A DNA stretch of 64,000 bases, taken from the NCBI GenBank assembly GCA_951406725.2, contig OX597825.1:53816001-53880000 (forward strand), read 5' to 3'. Under the pieces are notes generated by a model. It saw only the letters and a list, made by a program, of their open reading frames with translations, made no database searches and was not told where the DNA came from. Source of the DNA: Octopus vulgaris. Taxonomy: Eukaryota. Both the position numbers and the translations under genes were made by a program. This document shows, in pieces, positions 26,540 through 41,145 of the stretch; position 1 is the first letter of the stretch; each line of letters starts with the position of its first letter.

Positions 26540-27800
26540 TTGGAGGTATAAATGTATAAAGGAAGAAACAGGAAAAGAAAGAGCGAAAGTTAAAGGAGAA
26601 AGGCAGGTACGAGAAAATAAAGAATACTTGATAGATGGAAAGAAATGATGAAGGGAAGAATAGGTGGCATGGGAAGTAAGAATAAAAAATAAAGATAAGT
26701 TGCAGAAGTTATTATTAGGTGAGGGATATATATTATTTAAAAAAGGTAAATGAGTGGGGTTTTTTTCCACCGCAAACACCTGTAAACATGTTCGTTAAAG
26801 TTGTTGACCAGTTTATATTTAAAAAAGAGAATAGATAGTTGCTCACCTGTTGAAAGAGGACAGAAAGATTTCTATTTGTCATAAGGAAATGATCTTGATA
26901 AAATTTTCCTATCTACAGAAAAATGTTTATTCCAGACTTTAAGGCGCCAAATTAGCTTAATATATCCTGTAGAATTACGCTGACTGTATTTAAAAGTGGC
27001 AAGATGGTTCGCAATACGACTTTTAAACTCTGTAGAAGCTAATCCAATATAAAATTGTTCTTTAGATCCATAGGTAATTTTGCATTGGTAAACAACATTT
27101 TTAATTCTGAAGTTTCCATTGAGGACCCAAGTTTTATTCAGGCCACATTTACAAGGATTAATATCACTGGTATTATTATTCAAGGAGAGATTATCGTTAA
27201 TATTACTAATGTTGTTACAGTTATTAATACAGACGACATTACCTTTGAGAATAGAGTTATTATGGGAGGATATAATTTGCAGGAGGTTACTGGTGTTGGA
27301 AAAGCCAATTCTGATACGGTGGGTGTTGAAAATTAAGTGATACCTGGAATTTATGAGAAAATTCCTTTCGAAAGCCTGACGAATTTGGTGGGGAATGTTA
27401 CTTTTAACTTGTGTTCCATATGGAACAATCAACCAGATATTTTTACTAGGGTTACGCGTTTTATTCTCTTTTCTAAACATAAACTTCTCTTAACTTAAAC
27501 AGGTCAACACCTTTAATGACCGTGTCTACACGGGTTTGCATTGGAAGCAAACACTTATTTGCCTTTTTAAATAAAATCTACCCCTCATCTGATAATAATT
27601 TCCGCAACGTCTCATACACCGTATTCTTCCCACCAACTTTTCTTCCCAATTATCATTCATTCTCTATTTGCTTGTAGCTTCATTTCCCATTCAACTCTCG
27701 TTCTTTCGTTTCCTCTTTCTTCCTCTATACCTTCTTTTCTTCCCTCGCCCTGTGACGTCTGTTTTCTCAACAGCATTTTAAAAATTACTAACGTTCACTT
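26540..27800 (-). mobile_element. 5'-truncated Penelope-like element (Naiad-like GIY-YIG) with an inverted copy of its 3' end at 27483-27800
   Basis: ORF 26872-27480 NVVYQCKIT...FYIGLASTEFKSRIANH...IWRLK...PY continues past a TAG as FCPLSTGE; 27483-27620 is the reverse complement of 26700-26830. Confidence 0.8.
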
Positions 27801-28028
27801 CACAACTTCGCTTTCCATATATGTATAAGCCTGTAGGTGTTTCTGTATGTGTATGCATGTATATTTATATATGTGTGCATGCGAGCATATATATATATAA
27901 GTAAGTGTTTGTGTATATGTATATGTGTGTATATATGTTTATACATATATGTATAAGATATACACGCATGTATGAGTATGTATATATGTGTGTATGTTTG
28001 AATGTATATCTTCGAACCGAAGGACGAA

Positions 28029-28096
<68 letters not shown>

Positions 28097-29294
28097 CTAT
28101 GCATATGTATACGTATATATATTATACACATGCATACAAAGTGAACCAAGCAAACTATTAAAGTCGTGTGTATTTAAGAGCAAAATAATTGCTACCTCCT
28201 TCAAATTATATCCTCGCATAATAACTTTTTTAATACTATTTACTATTTATTGTACTTTATTGATTTTGAGAATAAGGTTTTTATAGTATATGTTTTCTAT
28301 ATGGTGTCAATAACATCTTTCATTTTTGAATTGGTTAATAGAGTTTTTTTTCTCTAAATTATATATATATATATAGTATCTGTGTTTGCGCGTACACATC
28401 CATATATGCTCTTGCACGCTTATGTTGATTTCACCAAATTCATATAAAACATCCACGAGAAATTTTATAATCGATCTTTTGACAGTATAAGATTAGCAGC
28501 CAACTGATCCCTCAAATCAAAAGCCCCACGTATATGAAGAAATGAGCACACGTGAGAACGGACTCACAATTATATTACTATTTCAATTTGTTTACAATAG
28601 ACTATCCAGGTTAACGAGACTTATAATACGCTATCCTTTTAATTTACTCTTGATATTATCTACTCCAGTGTTAAAATGGTCATAAATAATAGTACATACT
28701 TCTATGCTGTTTGCTAATGAAATGACATTTTCATTCGTAAAGAATTTATGCAGAAGTATTTCAAGTATCATAGATACAGTCTTCTAGATCTCTTACCGTT
28801 TATCTATAACGTAAAAGAAAGAAAAAAACTTACTATTTTAAATTCAAATAAGGACCAGGTACATAAATACATTTCGGTTGAATTTGAAGTTTCCAGAGCA
28901 TAAAATAAATTCCATTTCCATTAGATATTTTCAGGATTAAAACTGAAGAAAAAATATTTCATATTTTAAGTAAGTTAAAAGAGTACAGTAGCAATTACTT
29001 TGCTCTTAAATACACACGACTTCAATAATTTGTTTGGCTCACTTTGTAATGTAATCTCATGATTGTCATAGGATGTAAATGCTTTTGAGTCACTTCAAAG
29101 TTGTGGGGGAGATCTGACTTATGAAACTCCCAAGGTGAAACAACTCACTATCCTGGTGAAAAAGTTGGTATCTCAAGATTGTTGAACTCGCTTCTGAGTT
29201 AGTATAATTGTTCTCATTACTGAAGATTTGAAAGGTAAGACACTGATATTCTCTAAAAACATTTACAGGACCATTCATCAAGAGTGTTTAATTC

Positions 29295-31565
29295 ACTTCT
29301 GGATTATGATAACAGTATTTATCATCAAACATATATCAACGTCTACTTAATGTAGTGTTTAATTCTGATTTTAAATATTCAATTAGTTGGGGGTTTTTTT
29401 ACATCATGTACAGTTTTTAAGATGACAAAGCTTTTTTGTTTTAGCTCATGCATTATATAGAAATTCCAACTACTGACGTGTATACATGTATTTCATTTAC
29501 ATCTTAGAAACATACCTTTAAAATAAACTACATTATTCATTGCTACATAGTTCGGATGCAATATTTCATTATCATAAATCAACCGATCAAGTTTTGTCTG
29601 ATGAAATAAGTATTTAAACATCTCAAGTTGTCCAGTCATACAACATCTCAAATTCAATATTAGTATAACTGTTTGTATCTGTTTCCTTACTTGTTTAACA
29701 ATGTTAACAATATCAAGTATAGAAATCACCTTGATGTGTTTTGCTATGTCTGTGTACAATTTATTGTGGAAGCTCAGAAATGTACCAAAACAACAGAGAT
29801 CAAGAAGATCTATAAGCTATACTTTGACTGTCCTCTTGGAGATCAAGACAAGTTATGGGCACCATATTTTATTTCCTCAGCTTGCTCAAATGGCTTACGT
29901 GACTGGTTCAATAAGAAATCCATGCCTTTTGCAATTTCAGTGATATGGAGGGAGCCGAAATGACCATTTTAATGACTGTTATTTTTGCAAAGTAAATGTC
30001 ACAGGATTTTTTGATGAACAATAAGCACAAACTCGTGTATCCCAATATGGATCCTGCAATGAGGCCTGTGCCTCACAATGGCAGTCTGTCAATTCCAGTT
30101 TCACCAGATGATGTTATTGAAACATCAGATGATGATACTGACTGTAACGATGTGGATGATGATGATAGTTTTGAACTTCGGAAATTTTCCCAAGCTGAAC
30201 TGAATGACCATGTCAGAGCAGAACAATTAGCATCAAAAGTGATGGTGAGGAATCTGTTAGAGCACGATGTTCGTATATCTTATTTTCCAAAGTGAAATGT
30301 GGTTCTACAAACGTGTTTTTCTGTTGAATGTCCACTTTTGTTTTGCAGTAACATCGATAGGATTTTCGTATATTTATCACAAAATCATGATCCTGTAAAA
30401 TGATATCTGTTTATTGACTCTTCAAACGAAGTTTGAACGCTGCACTTCTCCATAATGGTAGTTTGAATTCCTCCATTCATATTGCATACTCCGTTCATCA
30501 TGAATCATGTGAGAATATGGATCTTTGACATCATACCATTGCCTATGAAATATACTCGTGGGAAATATGTGGATATTTAAAAGCCATTGGAATGTTTATG
30601 TGAATGCAGTCAGGTTTCACAAAATAATTTTGTTTCTTCTGTCTATGGGATAGTCAAACAATTCGCAAACATTATTCGGAATCAAACTAGCAGACAAGAA
30701 CATCATACCATCCAGGATGTCTAACGTCAAGAATACATTTCGAGTAGATCTCTGTAATGTCCTACTGCCTCCTTTGCACATAAAGCTTAGATTGACGAAA
30801 CAATTTGTGAAGATAAAAGGGAAGAGAAATACCAGTGTATTTGAGTATATTGTAGAAAGGTTTCCCAAAAATACACAAGCGAAGTGGAAACAGGGGATCT
30901 TTTCCGGACCCCAAATTAAAGAAGCACTCAAAGATGTCAACTTAAAGACAACAGTGGATGAACTGGAACTGCCTGCCTGAAATGCTTTCAATTGGATCTG
31001 TGAGAATATCTTGAGCAACAAGAAGGCAAGGGACTACAAGGATGGCATCAAGAAACTTCTGGAATGTTACTCAGCAATGGGTTGTCGCATGTCACTGAAA
31101 GTTCAGTTCTTGGACTCGCCTCTAGACATTTTCGCATATAACCTTTCAACAGGATATTAGTGCTATGGAGAAATGGTACGGAGGCTTCTGAAGTGACAGT
31201 ATTCTGGCTGAATACTGCTTGACACTTTACCGTGATCAACCAGACCAGGAAAATCGCAGGAAATCCAATCCCAATGTTTGTAACTCTTTGTTTTGTCTGA
31301 CCCAATTTTTGTGTATTCACTGATTGTAGAATGATAGTAAGGATTTTCAACTCAATAAATTTTCAATTTCTAAAAATATGTCCTTATTTATTTCGTTAAT
31401 GATTTCGTATATACAAATATGTACATATTTGCATGTATCTACTGAAAATCTGATATGTGCTGCATACAAACGGAGTAAAAGTTTGAAATCAGCATGAAAA
31501 ATTAATCTAAAAATGTTGGTTTGCATTCATAATGACTATAATGCATTTCATTTTGCTGACTAGTG
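29295..31565 (+). mobile_element. Decayed DNA transposon, Chapaev3-type (CMC superfamily) transposase
   Basis: Motifs FCYVC, GDQDKLWAP, WREPK.HFNDCYFC, AMRPVPH, LPPLHIKL, GIFSGPQI, GCRMSLK, YC; right end ...GCTGACTAGTG followed by TAA; many stops and frameshifts; left end uncertain. Confidence 0.8.
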
Positions 31566-32087
31566 TAATTGTTCTCATTACTGAAGAATTGAAAGCTTTT
31601 ACAAAACCATTCCTCTGTAGACATAGCTATGCCTAAATAATGTAACGATGAGTTTGGAAATCTTTGGATACACTGACTCTTTATGGTAAATAGCTCATTT
31701 CAAGCTCTTGCTTGAAAATGCAGATAGTTTCTTTTATCGTGATGTCTAAACTCATTTTAGTGTAGCATGCTTCATATTAGGGTCGTCACCATATCGTGTG
31801 TTTAACGGCTGCAGATGAGAAGGTGGTAGTGGGTGTGGATTTAAATGTGAATGAAGGTACACTTTAAATTTGAATGATTGCATTGAAGGAGTGATGCTGC
31901 CAGGCTTTTGAAGAGACTGATGGCCGTTTTATGTGAGCTGTTTTAGCTTATAAAACTGTATAGCGATGAGGACGTTATTCGTTTTGATCTTGGGTAGGAA
32001 GTAGAGTGATTTTATCTATATACGCTGTAAGTTGTGTGTGTGTGTGTGTGTGTGTGTAAATAGTGTGTAGGAGAAAGCGATGCAACT

Positions 32088-32123
<36 letters not shown>

Positions 32124-33008
32124 CAGTGTAGTACTCAAGTAAATCAGAAGTCAAACTTCAGCTCCAATAAGAACGATCCTGGGAGTAGAAAGGCCGATGC
32201 ATACACAAATAGGCTTAATGCGTGTATTTAAATATAGTACAACATACAGACTACTGAATAAGTAAGAAAGGATTCATGTAACAGTTTTATCTTGACAACC
32301 GTTTCGGTAACAACATTTATACTTAATAATGACCCATAATGCTATGGATTTAACTAACGACAAAATCCGTTAGATGAAGCCAGCTTATTCCGATCAGGGT
32401 GACCTGGATTCGTATAAAGGATCCATAGGAAATTATGCTATTCCATACACCTACGATATTATCGGTCTTCTTTACGTATAAACGTAGTCATCCTGGTCTT
32501 TAAATAGCTGTTAAGACAAGATTAATACAGAACACCATTTCCTTACCTTCTATATTCAATACTCTGCATTTTGCGTTCCATGTAAATATACACATTACGA
32601 CTTCTTATGTTTATCTGACTTTCTACTCGCATGTGCACGTAGGTGTGTTTATTATATAGAAATATATGTTTATGTATATATCAGTACATCTAATGTGCCC
32701 AGTGAACTGCATAAAATGTTTATATCCTGCACGACAGGGTGTAATTCATATAAAATTTGATTAATGAGAAGCCAATACGATACACCTTAATAAAAGACTT
32801 TAATTTATCATTGTTTTATATTGCATCTCATAAGTTATTTGGTGGGAAAATCAGAATGTTACATCCACTCTGAGAAGAGGTCAACAATCGCCACCGTTTT
32901 TTTTCGTACATCAATAGCTTAGAAAGAATATACTTACATTTTTATTAGACCCGCACCGAGGCATTTTGACAGTGGAATGTATTTCAAACTTTCTGATTTA
33001 TGCTGCAT

Positions 33009-33067
<59 letters not shown>

Positions 33068-34998
33068 ATGTATGTATGTATGTATGTATGTATGTATGTA
33101 TGTATGTATGTATGTATGTATGTATGTATGTATGTATGTTTGTATGCATATATACACACACATTATCCCCATACACATATATATGAATATCTAGTCATAT
33201 TCCTGCCTGGGTTGATAGATAAAACATACATGGTTAAATACAAGTACAGATGCAAAAATATACATAAACACATACACACACATACATATACACCTGTGTA
33301 TATGTGAGTATGTATGTATGTATAACCATTGCTATGCATATCTATCAGTACATGCATACGTACATCTGTAACTTAAATTTTCAATTTTCGTGTTGTCAAA
33401 ATAGCTAAAATGAATGATATTACTATACATATTATGGAAAGAAAATAGCAAAAATATTAGAAAAGCAAACACATAGTAACAAACAGTGAATAAATAATAT
33501 TCTAGAAATATACAAACAAATAATTTATCAAAATTCTTCCTGGGGTCTTAAACTGAACTCGTCTCCATGTCCACTCAGAAACGCGTTCACATTTTCAAAT
33601 ATGTGCTATAAGGATTAATAATTTCTTCACATATACACACATCTATGCTGTCACAGGATATTCAATACATTCTGATGAGATATTTCGTTATTTTATATAT
33701 GTATTGTCTGTCGATGTTCCAATGTGAATATTTCAATTTCTCAAACTGACATCTGCCTTTAGCTTACGCAGATTGTTGTTGAGAGGGGAAAACTTTTATA
33801 TCTGAGCAAACTGTTTACACTTTCTTTGTATTTGTCATGTTAATAAGTTGGTGTCTTTCGCTATGATAAACATAAACTCCCTTTGCATAAGTTGTTCGCG
33901 AAAAGAAACGCCTAAGGTTTTTCCTTCCATTTAAAAGTATTTGCAAAATTCTTCATTCTGTAGTCAGTCAATGTCTCGGTGTAATATGAAGAATAAAAAT
34001 GTTTACCCTTGAGGTATATGGAGTGAATAATTTAAGAATATCTCAAACATATTGTTAGATAACAGGATGATTTCTATCTTGGAAGCTTGTCAACACTTTC
34101 AAAAGAAACCATTCTCGATTCCCTTGTAAAGCACAGCAAGTTTTCTTGTGCGGCAAGTTTTCATATATATCGATTTACCGATATCACTTACTGCTTTCTT
34201 CCCTCATAGAATATTTGATTGGGAGTTGAGATTTCGCTACAAACATTTTCGAAAATCTTGATTGGACAGTCACAATATATGTGTCGTTTCTTTTTCATTT
34301 TTTATTTCTTTCGTTTTACGTTTCATTTCGTATATTTTTAGTTGTTATTTCTCTTCTCTATTCTATCTTTTGATGGAAGCAAATTAACTATATGATCAGT
34401 ATTCAGGAGATGGTTATTTCAAATATTAAAGGTATAATCAATTCGATGGCATTCAAAGTGTCACCTTAACGTATTGATAGAAAAATCGTTTCTCTGAAAA
34501 TGTGTGAAAAACATTAATAAATTTGCTGAAGGAGAATGCAGCTAAATACACTGAGATACACCCAACCATATGTATATAGGTGCGTATGTATATATCATAT
34601 GTATGTATATAAATAGTTAGGCAAATACACATGCATACACATATGGTCAAACCAATAAAAACACATACATATGCACAAGCACACACATATATACATCTGT
34701 GTATGTATACCTATAAGTATATAAACATTATGTGTGTATGTATGTGTGTATGTATGTATGCATGCATGTATGTTAGTATACATGACGCTGTAAGTGCATG
34801 TGTATGATTTGATATGCCTATGACTACGTGTGATTTAGTTATAGTACACGTAACTATATGTAAGAATTTTGTTTTTATAATTCACAACAGTTCACTAATG
34901 TGCACACACCTATACGGACATACACATAGATATAGGTGTATACGTTTAATTATATATGCAGATTACATATACATGCATCTATATTCATATATATAAGC

Positions 34999-35029
<31 letters not shown>

Positions 35030-35524
35030 AAGAGAGAGAGAGATGTATATACACATGCACACATTCACATATATATGGCTTGTATGTATGTATATATGTA
35101 TACTTATGTTTATATTCGTAGAAATAACTCATATCTATGTAGAAAATGATTTAGGTTGTGGAAAAAAATAATGATGGTGTTTGTAAGGAAGGCTAATTAC
35201 TTGGAATTTTCCAATTATTGAAGTGTCAGAAAGTTATACAACATATTCTGTTATCTGTGATGGAATTTACAGAATGGTAATAACTCTACTGAAACAGAGC
35301 ACTGTCAGAGAACTTTTTCCTATTTAGACAGTGGTGATATGGCTTCATGATAAAACTGGTGTTATACGATATGACTATATCAATTTTACAGTTATATGTG
35401 GCTGTTATAATGTATGCTTATATCAACGTTACTGATGGGAGCATTACGTAGGTATATTCTATTGCTATATTAATGATGGTAATTTGTGTATTGGTATATG
35501 GGTATATGTTATGATGTTATGCAT

Positions 35525-35695
35525 TCATCAGTGAGAGTTCGTCCGTCATTACGCCCCGATTTCATATTCTGCCAAGTTCAACGCTGCCTTTCTCATTTGG
35601 GGGGCGATCAAATAATACCATTTGAACACTGGGGTCAGTGTAATCAACTTACCCCTTCCCTTAAATTTCTGCCTTGTGCTAAAAATTGAAACCTG
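35525..35695 (+). mobile_element. Highly decayed Nin-core SINE
   Basis: GCCTTTCTCATTTGGGGGCGATCAAATAATACCATTTGAACACTGGGGTCAGTGTAATC. Confidence 0.55.
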
Positions 35696-36270
35696 TATTA
35701 TATAATAACTACATATTTCAGTTATTATTTGTATAATATGTAATGTATTACGGAATTTATTCGAAATAGTGATATCTTCTGAATCCAGATAAGTATAGCT
35801 TAGAAGTTCCTAGAAAAATGCCGCTAAAATTTGTTTCCCTAGCTTTCAATTGAGAAGTTTACGGTAAATTTTAAAATATTCGTTATCTCATTTGCATTAT
35901 ATCCATTGGCTACTTTCTATTTTTAGACATGTTGATATTATTTGCTATTGTTTTGAAACATGGCAGCACCCATTCAAGAAATCTATGACATGGTTACAGC
36001 CCTGGCATACTAGGGGCCTTGTTACAGACAAAGTATATCAATGACTAGGGTTAACCAATGTCTTCGGCTTCCTTTTAATGTTAGAGTATAATCTGTGGGA
36101 GATTTGGTTACTTATTGCAGCTGGGCTTATCAACAAATATCATATTTGGCTTAGTCTCAACATACCTGTAAACATTTATGAAGGTATATCCGTGGCAAGC
36201 ATGTATGCCTATATGTATGCATGTATGCATGTTTGTATAGATGTGTGTATGCATATATATATGGTTATAC

Positions 36271-36470
36271 TACTGTTCTATACATTTGAGATGAGAAATT
36301 CTGTACATTATTTACATTTGACGGATATGTGTCCTCATCGTGTTTTTTGTTACCACAACGCTTCTGCTAATTTACTCTCCACCATTCATCGCGTGCCCTG
36401 GATGAATATTGAACCCAAACCTGGATTCTCATTCCTAATTTATTTATTTTTTTGCTGATAATAATACAAA

Positions 36471-36554
<84 letters not shown>

Positions 36555-36568
36555 TGATAATAATAATA

Positions 36569-36641
<73 letters not shown>

Positions 36642-36815
36642 CAGCAAAAGAATAACTTAGGATTGAGGACCCAGGGTTGGGTTCAAAACTCTACCAAGGC
36701 ACCTGATAAAGGCTGGAGAGTAAATCAGCCGAAACGTTGTGATAAAAACAAAAAAGATGAGGACATATATCCGTCCAAAGGTAAATTATGAAAATAATGT
36801 ATATGGTGGTGCTCA
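36271..36815. mobile_element. Two divergent copies of hammerhead element family D around an (AAT)n(GAT)n tract
   Basis: 36271-36460 (minus) mirrors 36640-36815 (plus); plus copy reads CAC-CUGAUAA-A-GGCUG...CAGCC-GAAAC-GUU-GUG at 36700-36741. Confidence 0.75.
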
Positions 36816-37211
36816 TAAATAAAGAGAACAATATATTTGTATTGTCCTCCATAACTTGCTTAAATATTCTATTATATACCATACATGAAACAATGCAAGT
36901 CTTCAGATAAAATATATCATTAAGAAGCCATCAGAATGCCCTGCAAATATAAGGACACCGTCGATAAATACTATATAATCATATAAATACTATATAATCA
37001 TTATATATAGGTAGATGCAATATATTGCTTTTATGTATCCTACATACATACACAAACACACACTGATATTTATTTGAGTGGTGGTGCTTGCGCGTATGTG
37101 TGTGTCGTGTGTGCGTGTTTGCGTGCGTGTGCGTATGAGTGCGTGTATATGTATAAATATGTATATGTGCACATATACATGCATATACATACATATATAC
37201 ATACATACATA

Positions 37212-37470
37212 TCATCATCATCCAGTGTTTTAAATTCGGGTTGTGTCCCCGTTAACAGAGGTAGCAGGATCTATCTCAATGCCATAGCAAGCGAGGTTGG
37301 TAGGTGCCGCCTACCCCAAACTTTGGGTTGGCTGGTGCCCATTACCCTTTGCTTACCCTCAACCTCAGTTTCTAGGCATGAGTGGTCCCGACGATTTTTA
37401 AGAAATGTGGAAAACTAGCTCAGGAAGGCAGGGACGCTACTCCTTGAGACCACTTTCGGAGCTTCCTACC
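37212..37470 (-). mobile_element. Probable RTE-like LINE 3' end with (TGA)n tail
   Basis: Minus translation CLETEVEGKQR resembles LEGxVEGKR; ends in GATGATGAT. Confidence 0.4.
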
Positions 37471-37477
37471 TAAACAT

Positions 37478-37526
37478 ATATGTATGTATGCATGCATGTA
37501 TGTATGTATGTATGTATGTATGTATG

Positions 37527-37558
<32 letters not shown>

Positions 37559-37720
37559 CATGCATGCATGCATGTATGTATGTATGTATGTATGTATGCA
37601 TGCATGCATGTATGTATGTATGTATGTATGTATGTATGTATGTATGTATGTATGTATGTATGTATCTATGTATGTATGTATGCATGCATGTACGTATGTA
37701 TGTATGTATGTATGTATATA
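37478..37720. repeat. (TATG)n/(CATG)n tetranucleotide array
   Basis: Direct reading; source of the MYVC and HTYI ORFs. Confidence 0.95.
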
Positions 37721-38165
37721 TATATACTTTTCAGATGGAGGAATTCTCTAAAATTGATATGCCAATGAGGAAAAGAAAAAGTTTATTTTCTGGAAGCAAG
37801 AGGACAGTTGCGAACACATGATTCTTGACACAATAAATGTCATGTTATTGTAGGTGCCCTAGGTATGATAAAAAAGGGATGTCAGAAACACCTAGACAAT
37901 AGCCCATTACTTGTATACTTAAAACAAAAATGTGCCAAGTGAAAAAACTCACTGTGATCACTGCTTTATGACTGTATGTCAGTACGAGTATATATGTAAG
38001 GCTAGGTCGTATAGGAATGTATACTCATATGATTTTGAGTATATGCAAGCGTGCGTGCACACACACACACACACACACATATGGAGGTATAGGAGAGAGA
38101 GAGAGACAGACAAACAGACAGAACGGGAGATACATATAGATAGCGTGATAGATAGATAGATAGAT

Positions 38166-38890
38166 ATGTTTCTTTATTAGCCACCCAGGGTTGGGTTCAA
38201 CAGATAGAACAAATTATAAAGGCTAGAGCTTTTCTTTTGAAAGGTTTAAAAAAAAAAAAAAAAAAAGAAGGAGATGAGGATCATAGGGATCCGTTCAAAG
38301 GAGAGAAAGAGGAAAATAATGTATATGGTGGTTCAAAAAAAAGGGGGAGAGGAACAAAAAAAATTGATCAATAGCGATCGTTATCACAGAAAAATGTCTT
38401 CAATATGAAGTGTAAAGGGGAGACAGCCATCAGGAATGCCCTGCACCCGTGGAAAAAAAGCCTACTGAAAAGAACGGTATAACCTCATTATATATAGGCA
38501 GATGCAATATATTTCTTTTTTTTGCAAATAAGCAACTCACTGATATTTCATTTGAGTGGTGGTGCTTGCGCATATGTGTGTGTCGTGTGTTGGCTTCGTC
38601 ATTCAGTGCGTGCCATTCTTTATACATTCACTCATCTTTTTTTAAAACATTCGCTAGACAAAACTTGCCTCTCTACTCTCACTTTCCTTTTCAAGTGGTA
38701 CTTGAAGAAGTTGATGAGAGATTGACCAGAGAGGAAAGTGTTTGTCTCCAATCCTTTCAGACGCGTCCACCAGATACATTCTTTCGCCATAGCCACAAGG
38801 ATGATGAAAATAGCTCTTCCTTCCCGTTTGAAGGAAGGAGGCGTGACAATATTGACGATAGACTCAGCTGATAAACCGACTCGTCCCACA
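38166..38890 (-). mobile_element. L1/Tx1-type LINE 3' end
   Basis: LSAESIVNIVTPPSFKREGRAIFIILVAMAKECIWWTR...FFKYHLKRKVRVER is homologous to 48667-49039; AATAAA then (TCTA)n. Confidence 0.7.
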
Positions 38891-38933
38891 GGTGATGCAT
38901 GCATGTATGTATGTATGTATGCATGTATGTATG

Positions 38934-38967
<34 letters not shown>

Positions 38968-39377
38968 TGTATGTATGTATGTATGTATGTTTATGTATGT
39001 GATGCATCTGCAGGTCGGTATGTATGTATGTATGAGTATGTATGTATGTATATATATATCCCGAATGGGGTAGCGCTTCTTGTAGCACTGCCAGGCCAGA
39101 AAAAGTTTATTTTCTGGAAGTTGTCCAGAGGCAGTTGGCCCGAAACATGTCCTGACACAAACAGGCGGGTCAGGTAGATCCTCGTCGACGTCCAGTTTAT
39201 AGCCCCGAGCTTGTCGTCTTAAAAGAAAAATCCTGCCAACTGAAAACTCATAGAATGCTTTATGACTGTTGTCAGTACGAAGTATATATATGTAAGGCTA
39301 GGTCGACCCAGGACGGCAGATATGATTTTGAGTATATAGCAACGTGCACACACACACACACACATATGGAGGCATTC

Positions 39378-39440
<63 letters not shown>

Positions 39441-39464
39441 ACGGGAGATACATATAGATAGCGT

Positions 39465-39553
<89 letters not shown>

Positions 39554-39998
39554 ACATGATTGCCTCATTTTTTATATATTTAACTGAATATATAATTGCC
39601 GGAGATAATACCCCATCATTGCCTAATATGTAATCCTTGATAGCAAACATTAAAAGAAAATAGTGTCTGAAAATGTCTCAGCCATTGTCTGTCTGTCTAG
39701 GTCTCTCTCTCTCACACACACACACTCTCGCTACGTTTCTCACTCTCTACATGACAACATGCATATACTCACTCACATACATGCATGTATGGGTGTATGT
39801 GTGCGTATGTGAGGGTATATTCTTTTAGCTTTCCATCTCAGTCAACTGTGAGTCTATCTATTGACATACCAGTCCATCTATCAGTCTGTCAATACAGTGA
39901 AAAATAGATATATATAAATATTTAGAAAGGCAGGCAGATGGACAGACAGGCAAACGGGCAAACAGAGAGACAGATAGAAAAACGGACAGACATGCAGT

Positions 39999-39999
<1 letters not shown>

Positions 40000-40057
<58 letters not shown>

Positions 40058-40180
40058 GTAGATCGGTAGGTAGGTAGGTAGGTAGGTAGGTAGGTAGGTA
40101 AATAGGTAGGTAGGTAGGTAGGTAGGTAGGTAGGTAGGTAGGTAGGTAGGTAGGTAGGTAGGTAGGTAGATAGGTAGGTA
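40000..40180. repeat. (GATA)n/(GGTA)n compound microsatellite
   Basis: Direct reading. Confidence 0.95.
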
Positions 40181-40865
40181 GAGAGGAAGGTACAGAATGA
40201 GGCAGACTGAGAATTACATAGATTAGACGGATACGAAAACAGCAAATAAAAGAGATAACAGAATAGTATATCAAAACGAAATATGTGCATACTCATACAC
40301 ACGCGGGTACTTACACATTTCAATGTGGATGTGCATTCATGCATTTGTATATGCATGGTTATATATGCACACAACCATACATATGCAAATATATATGTAC
40401 ATATGCCTTTAGTTATACATTCATTTAGATGAAGGAGGATAAGAGTGACACGCATACTGTAGAGGTGAGAGATGCTGAGTCTGTGTATAATATGTTCCTG
40501 CGTAACTGTGTACGTCTGTCGGCGTTAAAATTTTTCTGCTTCTTTTTTTACTGTTATCTAGACGTGACATACATTTCATCAGGGATGGTAATTAGAGGGT
40601 GAATATAGCTGCCTGCTTTTAATTAGAGAACCGCCACCACAACCACCAATATACACATGCTTTGCAGCTATATTCTATAGCCGTAATGTTGCACACAGAA
40701 TCACACACTCATGCATCAGCTTAGGCGCAAAGGAGATTTTTCTTCTCCATACACATATGTAAACTCATACCATATGCAGGTACATGCATATCTAAAGGCA
40801 TTAAATTTGCCATTACAAGCAAACGCACGGACGAATGCATGCACACATTTACAGACACACAGATA

Positions 40866-40937
<72 letters not shown>

Positions 40938-40954
40938 TGTATGCATATATGTGT

Positions 40955-41145
40955 ATCATCATCATCATCATCATCATCCCGTTTAATTTCCGCTTTCCGT
41001 GCTGGCGTGGTTTGGACGGTTTGACTGAAAACTGATAAGCGGCAGGGTGCATCAGGTTTTCAATCTGATTTGGTAAGGTTTCTACGGCTGGATGCCCTTC
41101 CTAACGCCAACCACTCCGAAAATGTAGTGGGTGCATTTTACGTGC
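40955..41145 (-). mobile_element. 3' end of an RTE-tail retroposon with (TGA)n tail
   Basis: TTCTACGGCTGGATGCCCTTCCTAACGCCAACC and CGCTTTCCGTGCTGGCGTGG adjacent to (CAT)n. Confidence 0.6.

Noticed and set aside
29072-29240. Possible plus-strand exon ending AAG/GTAAGA
   Set aside because: In-frame stop before that donor; no homology
33525-33870. Possible minus-strand exons (HIFENVNAFLSGHGDEF...)
   Set aside because: No recognisable homology and no consistent open upstream exon
37835-37905. VIVGALGMIKKG snippet resembling an R4 RLE C-terminus
   Set aside because: Too short, and it lies in the suspect mosaic region
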